Assembly: GCF_028714775.1 (NCBI RefSeq) | Contig: NZ_JAQTLS010000016.1 | Span: 5,149 to 69,148, forward strand | Length of the DNA: 64,000 nt | Reading direction: 5' to 3' | DNA from: Thiothrix sp. | GTDB lineage: Bacteria; Pseudomonadota; Gammaproteobacteria; Thiotrichales; Thiotrichaceae | In this document: piece by piece, positions 19,801 through 25,226 of the stretch | Position numbering within the stretch: position 1 is the stretch's first letter | How the letters are laid out: every line of letters starts with the position of its first letter | Position numbers and translations under genes: made by a program | The notes under the pieces: generated by a model | Database searches by the model: none | Seen by the model: only the letters and a program-made list of their open reading frames with translations | Told to the model about the DNA's origin: nothing

Positions 19801-19930
19801 TGCGGGGACGGTCACTGAGGGCAAGACCGTGAAGGTTCGCCACACTTCCTCCAGCAAGGCACTTACCGCTATGAGCAGTGTCCTAAACATCGGCGGGGTC
19901 AAAAGTACTTTCACCAGCACTACGCGCTGA
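16865..19930 (+). CDS. Secreted multidomain GH5 cellulase: CBM4/9-like module + GH5 catalytic domain + five tandem ~98-aa C-terminal domains
   Basis: Signal peptide, then N-terminal GTNLVTDGGFESG... (CBM_4_9-like). The GH5 core has GFNSVRLMLSY, YDLINEPH (acid/base Glu) and FNIGEYGV (nucleophile Glu). Five repeats follow. Confidence 0.85.
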   Translation: MKRKTWFYALPLVLAVQGALAGTNLVTDGGFESGSLAWASTKSILTLDPVAAYAGQAGMKVNSAYSGCATGALYTLNTANLQNGTLYEFGARVRLSSGVGSSANLSLGLIKNGASPITLDGEQSSYDAGVYPDKWTQVFGVWQASFTPTDTLKVCISGAANKPFHVDEVFVKPLTTDEVGYQPPATLDTSALIHADGNRLVMGTQKTPFLMKGINVYLYDQGNDVDPPPPLDDFKYKNIDAASYKEIRDLGFNSVRLMLSYNLFENSTAPGVYKNEGWALVDRHIQWAKQNGLRLILDMHVPPGGYQSNDFTGFGSRADLKKRLEDLWVAIAQRYRNETTIAAYDLINEPHINNWFIYAQTLISKIRAVDSNHLIDVEVSFHPSDIGMYKLADNNILYDVHWYEPWSWAGSHTNNTPYVGTLAQFKQQLREGEGLTEFYDAATDSFTVPFNIGEYGVTFEKYELAGVNGETWLQHANAAFDHFGISRQLFHYNEPNFGIYRGWNSYPNEHTKTTVALKEALPTINGVNGINPDAFSFTDQTDVARSTVITSDTITVSGLKVAADIGVSEGEYRINGGAYTSAAGTVNNGDTVQVQHTSSASYATATNTVLSIGSVSDTFSSTTLADPNDTTPNPFSFTDQTGVALSTLTESNGITLGGINSAAPVSVTGGEYRINGGAYTSAAGTVNNGDQVKVRHMSSDLSKTKVNTILTIGSVSDTFTSTTATADTKPNAFSFAAQKDVPLNSTVESANITVSGINAPASISVSSGSGSSYSVNGGAYSSTAGKVSNGDSVKVRHTSSGKSNASVTTTITIGGVNGAFKSTTGDVTPNTFSFVTKASAALATPVESGVVTIGGITLPTAINVANGEYRVNGGTYTATAGTVSNGDKVQVRHTTSASFSTSVTTTLTVGGVNGVFKSTTLAKDTRPDAFIFNAQTGVAPSTVVESNAITVSGINAAASISVTGTGAAYSINGGAYTSAAGTVTEGKTVKVRHTSSSKALTAMSSVLNIGGVKSTFTSTTR
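18458..19927 (+). repeat. Five in-frame tandem repeats (294-300 bp) encoding ~98-aa beta-rich domains
   Basis: Units start at 18458, 18758, 19052, 19349 and 19643. Consensus: P-[DN]-x-F-S-F-x-x-Q-x-x-V...T-V-S-G-I...GEYRINGGAYTSAAGTVxNGDxVxVRHTSS...TLTIGGVxxxFxSTT. Confidence 0.85.
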
Positions 19931-19938
19931 TGATGGAT

Positions 19939-19970
19939 GGGGATGTGGGCGCTTAGTTGTCCACGTCCCC
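19939..19970 (+). terminator. Hairpin just after the GH5 stop (no clear U-tract)
   Basis: 10-bp stem GGGGATGTGG / CCACGTCCCC (one G-U pair) with a 12-nt loop. It lacks a T-run, so its role as a terminator is tentative. Confidence 0.3.
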
Positions 19971-20082
19971 TGATGTCAGCACATAAAAGCACATGCGAAG
20001 TCACTAAAGCCTTCTTCATGCCTTGCGTTCTGCGCCCCCAATCCGGTATACGGTAGGCAAGACATCCAAACGCGGGAGCATC

Positions 20083-20730
20083 ATGTTTAAGCACTGCCAA
20101 AGCAGGTCAGGGTTCCTACTCTTAGGTATCGCCACGCTGTTGGCGCTATTGGCCTTGACCACCCTTTTCGACCATGACCCAGCGGGTATGGATGCCTTTT
20201 TTGGGCTGAGCATGTTTAGCTTTGCCACGGGGATTCCCGGCCTATTCCTGTGTTTGCGTGCCACCGAGCCTGTGAAAACTGACACGCCGGGGTTAACAGC
20301 TTGGCTGCATAAAACCGTGAGGTCGATGGCGTGCTGCGAGTCTGGCATTGCCGCTGCATTGAACGCCATCGCTTTGATATTTTTGGGAATCACGCTGCTG
20401 ATGGCAGCAGATGCTTGGTTCAATGCAGACCCCGACGCGCAAGAAGGTGTAATGGGCGGTATGGTCATGACGGCGCTGGTCGGTCTGGCGGGAATAATGG
20501 CCTGCAAACCCCGGCAACCCACAACCGAAGCCCCGCGACATCCAGTAACCCATACACCGAAGGTACGCCCAACTGCACAAGGTTTGGGGAACTTCAAAGT
20601 GATGCGGCTCGCCTGCCCTGCCTGTAATGCCTCAATCCCGGCGCATCTGTGGAATGGCGGGCAAACCCACCTGAATTGCCCGTATTGCGGCACGGATGTG
20701 GTGGTACAGGAAACTGAAACCAGAACCTAG
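20083..20730 (+). CDS. Membrane protein with C-terminal zinc ribbon (hypothetical)
   Basis: The ATG at 20083 follows GGGAG. About 5 hydrophobic helices, with C-terminal CPACN...CPYCG. The overlapping minus-strand ORF looks non-protein-like. Confidence 0.55.
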   Translation: MFKHCQSRSGFLLLGIATLLALLALTTLFDHDPAGMDAFFGLSMFSFATGIPGLFLCLRATEPVKTDTPGLTAWLHKTVRSMACCESGIAAALNAIALIFLGITLLMAADAWFNADPDAQEGVMGGMVMTALVGLAGIMACKPRQPTTEAPRHPVTHTPKVRPTAQGLGNFKVMRLACPACNASIPAHLWNGGQTHLNCPYCGTDVVVQETETRT

Positions 20731-20753
20731 ACATCCCCACGCCAACAAAAAGC

Positions 20754-20774
20754 CCCGTATAACGGGGCTTTTCG
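20754..20774. terminator. Bidirectional intrinsic terminator between convergent genes
   Basis: AAAAA-GCCCCGT-ata-ACGGGGC-TTTT: a 7-bp GC stem flanked by A and T runs. Confidence 0.6.
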
Positions 20775-20790
20775 GTTTCAGCCAAGGGGA

Positions 20791-21210
20791 TTAGTTCATC
20801 GGCACACCCAAACCGTCGTCGAGGTATTTCTGCAAACGTTCGGTGCGGGTTTCGGTCATGGCTTGCAGTTCGCCATTGACCAACATCGGGTACATGCTGC
20901 CCCAGCACACCCGTATATCACCTTCGTCACAGGCAAACTGGGCGGCAATTTCAGCATCACGGAACGCAATCCACGCCTTTTGCGCGGCTTTCAGCTTGGC
21001 AGTGGCGGTTTTGTCGCTCTTGAATTGCGCCATCAACTTTTTCCAGGTGGCGTTGAGCTTTTTGTCCGCCGCCGCGTAATCATCGGCGGCGCACTGATTC
21101 ATTTCCATTTGGTTGCCGTCGGGGTTGCATTCGATCTCCCCGGCGGTAACGGTGGTGGTGGATAACAGCAATACCAAAGCGGTGCTGATAACAATTTTCA
21201 TCATAGTCAT
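20791..21210 (-). CDS. LprI-family (DUF1311) periplasmic protein
   Basis: Signal peptide, then the DUF1311 pattern MNQCAADDYAAADKKLNATWKKL...AQKAWIAFRDAE... Confidence 0.8.
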   Translation of the reverse strand: MTMMKIVISTALVLLLSTTTVTAGEIECNPDGNQMEMNQCAADDYAAADKKLNATWKKLMAQFKSDKTATAKLKAAQKAWIAFRDAEIAAQFACDEGDIRVCWGSMYPMLVNGELQAMTETRTERLQKYLDDGLGVPMN

Positions 21211-21293
21211 TTCCCATTATTTAATAAATATGTGTAGTCCAAAAAAATCAGAGAATTGAACCATCAATTACTCCGATTCTGCATCATTCATAT

Positions 21294-21752
21294 TCACTTA
21301 CCAAATTTGGCGCGTTCCAGCGACTGCCTCCATAAGGATTCATTATTTACCAAAAAAGCTACGCTATCAGCTTGATCATTGATATTTTTAAAATACACCT
21401 TCAACATTTTTCGTCCAAATACGACTTTACCAAGATGGCTATCCACAAGCTCTACATGATTAATATCTTGCATGGGAATCACCAACTCGGTTGAGAAAAA
21501 TGCGGCCTTGTACCACAACTCCGTTGCTGTTAGTGCCAGCGCACCATTTCCCCGGAGCTGGAGCCGCCCTTTACTTTCCACCCCTACAAAATAAGCGCCA
21601 GCATCAGAAAGTATTGGCTTATCAAGCGGATAACGGCTTTCCAGAACCTCTTGCCCTGATTGCCCTATCCGACTCCACAACAACCAAAAAGCTACCAGCA
21701 CAATACTGACAATGACAATAACACCAGCAATAATTACAAGCACATTATTCAT
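21294..21752 (-). CDS. Single-pass membrane protein with PH/GRAM-like cytoplasmic domain (hypothetical), last gene of the radical-SAM operon
   Basis: N-terminal TM helix VLVIIAGVIVIVSIVLVAFWLLW followed by a ~110-aa beta-rich domain (LQLRGNGALALTATELWYK...KVYFKN). Its ATG overlaps the stop of the upstream gene (ATGA). Confidence 0.6.
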   Translation of the reverse strand: MNNVLVIIAGVIVIVSIVLVAFWLLWSRIGQSGQEVLESRYPLDKPILSDAGAYFVGVESKGRLQLRGNGALALTATELWYKAAFFSTELVIPMQDINHVELVDSHLGKVVFGRKMLKVYFKNINDQADSVAFLVNNESLWRQSLERAKFGK

Positions 21753-23704
21753 GAAACCTTCTCCAATTTTACCAGAGACTGACTTATCTTCTGATTGGTT
21801 ACTGCTTTCAGGAGACCTTTACGTTGCCATTCTTCCAGTTGATATACACCTTCAGTGATAACCAATGATAAATACTTGGCTCCATCCGTGATGATCAATT
21901 GTAATGCCAATAAATACTCAAGTGCCTCACCGATTTCATCTACTGAGAATTCAGGTAAATTCTGCATTAATAACGTCCGCGAGGTCGGTGCATGTAGCGC
22001 CAGCAAAACTGCACGACGGCTGCCTTGCAATGCGTGCCGCAGCGGACTTCCCCTCCGGCTGTCTTCTACCTGTAATGTATCCCCTTCGCGCTTAACAATG
22101 ATACACTTCGGCTCCGCATTATCACCACGCCATGCCCCAGTCCACAGCTCACTCTCCAGCAGAAGAGCATCATAGGCTGTATTGTCTAATACCCCTTTCC
22201 AATCGGCTTCATGATAATAGGCCACTTTGCGAATATTGACACTATCACTGGGATAAAGCTCCTCGTACCAACGCATAGGGCGTAAATTCGTTGTCCAATG
22301 CTCTTCTTCAAAAAAATAAGGGCTAAAGCGATGGCACTCTACTTTGGGTGTTCCACCATAAGCAGGGCGTAAATGACGTAGTTGCGGGAGTAACTTCACC
22401 ATATTGGCATAATCCTCTGCCATTTCCCCCGGAATACGAATCAAATTATTCCAATAAACCGTAATCCCCTGTTCCTGACAAGTGCGCATAAAATAAATAT
22501 TCTGTAAAACCGTCACACCTTTACGCATCTGCTTCAGGATGTTATCGGACAGCGATTCAATACCGGGTTGTAAATACAATACTTTGGCCGCAGCCAATTG
22601 CTCGATTTGATGTTGCCGCAGATTGGTTTTGACTGTCCAAAAATACTCAACATCTGAACGAGGTAAATTATTTTGCAATCGTGGAAGCAAGTCATGAAAA
22701 TATGACATTGGCATAATATTATCTGCCGCTTGAAACCGTTTCACCCACGGATAACGTGCCGCCAAAGTATGCAATAGTGCTAGCGTATTATCTGCCGAGC
22801 GAGCACGATAATTCATGCCATCCCCATTCAATCCACAAAAGGTGCAATGCTGTTTCTGCCCCCACCAGCAACCTCGACTGGATTCAAAAGGAATCAAAAC
22901 CCGCATACGCCAATTCGGGTCTTGCAGATAGTTGACATTTTGCGCCTCCGTGAAGAAATCACTAAAATCCGGGGCAGGAATACGATCCAACGTTTCGCTA
23001 TCAATAGGTTGGTGAGGTTTATCTTTTATCACCTCTCCATCTGATGTTTGGCGGTACAAAATTCCTTGTAAACCGGATGGTGTTCGTTCTTCCAGCATCG
23101 CCTGACACAACGGTACAATAACGTCATCCGCTTCTCCGGTGGAACAGGCATCTATCCAATTCGCTACCCGCATCAGTTCTTCCCCCATTTCTCCGTGAAA
23201 ACATGCACCACCGTAGAGCAGTTTCACATGGGGGAAACGTTGTTTGAGACGACGCCCCAAAGCCAGGGCGGGCAGTGTCTGGAAAAATGAACAACTAAAC
23301 GCAACCACCTGCACGGGCGCAACGGCCAACAAACGCGTTATACATTGATCAAGAAACGCAGGCACAATCTGGTGGCGAATTTGATGTAACCATGCAGGTA
23401 AATCTTTGACATGTGGAATCCCCTCTAACTCATCCCCTGAAAGGCTCAAAAAGTCTTCTTCTGACAGCCCGAACTCCCGTTGCCACGCCTCTTGGGCAAA
23501 CAGCCATTCACCTATCTGGGTTTCCACACCTTTAAAACGGGCAATAATTTCGTATGCACCCGCCCCTATCAAACGTGAAAATGCCATATTGAAAGGAAAC
23601 ACTTGCGCGGCAATTCCTGCCTCAGCCAATTGAGCCTTGAATTGCCCTAACGCCAAACTCGGTGTTGTGATGGAGCCAAAGGGCATTTGCACCAGATGAA
23701 TCAT
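21749..23704 (-). CDS. B12-binding-domain (class B-type) radical SAM enzyme, RiPP-maturase-like
   Basis: 651 aa. N-terminal IHLVQMPFGSITTPSLALGQFKAQLAEAGI... (Rossmann-like B12-type half). Cluster motif SRGCWWGQKQHCTFCGLNG (Cx7Cx2C). I recognise this as the pattern of a family annotated as RiPP-maturation radical SAM (TIGR03975-like); this is from memory and has not been searched. Confidence 0.85.
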   Translation of the reverse strand: MIHLVQMPFGSITTPSLALGQFKAQLAEAGIAAQVFPFNMAFSRLIGAGAYEIIARFKGVETQIGEWLFAQEAWQREFGLSEEDFLSLSGDELEGIPHVKDLPAWLHQIRHQIVPAFLDQCITRLLAVAPVQVVAFSCSFFQTLPALALGRRLKQRFPHVKLLYGGACFHGEMGEELMRVANWIDACSTGEADDVIVPLCQAMLEERTPSGLQGILYRQTSDGEVIKDKPHQPIDSETLDRIPAPDFSDFFTEAQNVNYLQDPNWRMRVLIPFESSRGCWWGQKQHCTFCGLNGDGMNYRARSADNTLALLHTLAARYPWVKRFQAADNIMPMSYFHDLLPRLQNNLPRSDVEYFWTVKTNLRQHQIEQLAAAKVLYLQPGIESLSDNILKQMRKGVTVLQNIYFMRTCQEQGITVYWNNLIRIPGEMAEDYANMVKLLPQLRHLRPAYGGTPKVECHRFSPYFFEEEHWTTNLRPMRWYEELYPSDSVNIRKVAYYHEADWKGVLDNTAYDALLLESELWTGAWRGDNAEPKCIIVKREGDTLQVEDSRRGSPLRHALQGSRRAVLLALHAPTSRTLLMQNLPEFSVDEIGEALEYLLALQLIITDGAKYLSLVITEGVYQLEEWQRKGLLKAVTNQKISQSLVKLEKVS

Positions 23705-25155
23705 GTTACCTCCAACACTTCGGTCGTTGCAGAAGGCTCTTTATCCTGTGGTTTCAGGATAACCTTATCTACACACAATTCCTGTGGGTTAGTATAAACC
23801 ATTTCAGCATCCCAATCGGTCGGCAAAATAGCAGCACTTTTCTCCGCCCGTAGCAGCAATCGCTCCTTGATATTGTATTTCCAGCTTGGACAAGGTAAAG
23901 AAGCCGCCTCACCACGTGTATCATCTGCGTGCAAAAATTTATACGCACACGCGCCCGCACAATTCGGCAGTAATTTGCAGTTACGGCATGCATCGTTATT
24001 GAACGGCGACCAACTCAACCATCTCATGGTTTTTTCAGAGCGGATAGCTTTATCCATATCAAAAATAGAGCCAATCGCATGTTGCGGATATGTCACGGTA
24101 TCCCAACACTTATGAATATCACCGGAGGGAATCACAATAAAACTGCTCGGACGGATTGCACCACAACTCCCATGAAACCGGGGAGGATAAGGCAGCCCTG
24201 TCAGTCCTTTATCAAACGCATAACGGTAAATCCGGGTTTCCAACTGGCCATAATCCGACTTGCTCATGCAAGCCCCTTCGACCGAATGGCAACCAACTGT
24301 CATCGCCTCAATGGGAGCAAAATACAACCGGAAATTTTGCTGGTTGGCTAAACCTTCTGCCGCCAACACATCCAGCAATTGAAAAACGCCCGTACTATTA
24401 CGATGGTCAATATTGACACGGATATTGATTTTTAGCGGGGTATGAGTCACCACTTCTTTCAGATTTTTAATGATTTTATCGAACGTATTGCCCCCCGATA
24501 ACAAGAAGCGACGGCTATCGTGGTATACCTGATTACCATCCAATGTCACCTGTACCGTTTTTACTCGTTTTTTCACCAGGGTTTGAGCCACCGCGAGCGT
24601 CAAACGATAGCCATTCGTAACCGCCATGGCATCGTATTGAATATTTCTTTCATCACACACAGCCATAAAACGGTCTGACAGGGCTTCAATCACGTTCATA
24701 CGCAACAATGGTTCACCACCATACCAGGCAATATGCACATGATTTAACTCATGGCTGAGTTTTAAAACAAAATCCACCACCGCATCCTGAACCGTCTGCC
24801 CCATGGTTTCGATCGGTTTATCTTGTCCCTGGAAGCAATAATCACAGGCAAAATTACAGGCCAAGGTGGGGGCAACCGTCAGGACTAATGTCCGACGGTT
24901 AAAACGGTGTAGTCGATATTGTCCATGCAATAACTCCAACTCATCGGTTTCCGGTGTTACCAAATAGCCACCGTAAAACAATTCTGCGGCTGTGCGACTA
25001 TCGGTAGTTTCCCGCCCTTGGGCAATGTCCTGAAACACCTGCGCCTCGGCTGGCTCCCATACGGCTAGTGCGCCGCTCATACCGTTGTATGCCAATTCAC
25101 GCCCATCTTTTAACGGCGCAGTAATCACGTAACGGGAGGTTTTGTATCGACTCAT
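23701..25155 (-). CDS. Radical SAM/SPASM-domain peptide-modifying enzyme (anaerobic sulfatase-maturase-like fold)
   Basis: The start is trimmed to MSRYKTSRYVITAPLKDGRELAYNGMSGAL (ATG 25155, GGAG ribosome-binding site). It has the canonical CNFACDYC (CxxxCxxC) and C-terminal auxiliary-cluster cysteines including CRNCKLLPNCAGAC (Cx2Cx5Cx3C SPASM signature). Confidence 0.9.
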   Translation of the reverse strand: MSRYKTSRYVITAPLKDGRELAYNGMSGALAVWEPAEAQVFQDIAQGRETTDSRTAAELFYGGYLVTPETDELELLHGQYRLHRFNRRTLVLTVAPTLACNFACDYCFQGQDKPIETMGQTVQDAVVDFVLKLSHELNHVHIAWYGGEPLLRMNVIEALSDRFMAVCDERNIQYDAMAVTNGYRLTLAVAQTLVKKRVKTVQVTLDGNQVYHDSRRFLLSGGNTFDKIIKNLKEVVTHTPLKINIRVNIDHRNSTGVFQLLDVLAAEGLANQQNFRLYFAPIEAMTVGCHSVEGACMSKSDYGQLETRIYRYAFDKGLTGLPYPPRFHGSCGAIRPSSFIVIPSGDIHKCWDTVTYPQHAIGSIFDMDKAIRSEKTMRWLSWSPFNNDACRNCKLLPNCAGACAYKFLHADDTRGEAASLPCPSWKYNIKERLLLRAEKSAAILPTDWDAEMVYTNPQELCVDKVILKPQDKEPSATTEVLEVT

Positions 25156-25181
25156 GCCTATTCTCCGGGTCACTTTCAACG

Positions 25182-25216
25182 AAAAAAACTTTCCCCTCCC
25201 GATCGCATGAGGAAAG
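25182..25216 (-). terminator. Hairpin plus U-tract between the Cys-repeat protein gene and the radical-SAM genes (putative partial terminator/attenuator)
   Basis: Minus strand reads CTTTCCTC-atgcgatcgg-GAGG(GG)AAAG followed by TTTTTTT. It begins 11 nt after the stop at 25227-25229. Confidence 0.5.
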
Positions 25217-25226
25217 CTATCTGAAG

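Noticed and set aside
20016-20693. 225-aa minus-strand ORF overlapping the 20083-20730 plus-strand gene.
   Set aside because: The plus-strand product has clear TM helices, a CPxC...CPxC zinc ribbon and a ribosome-binding site. The minus-strand translation is Arg/Pro/Cys-rich with no structure.
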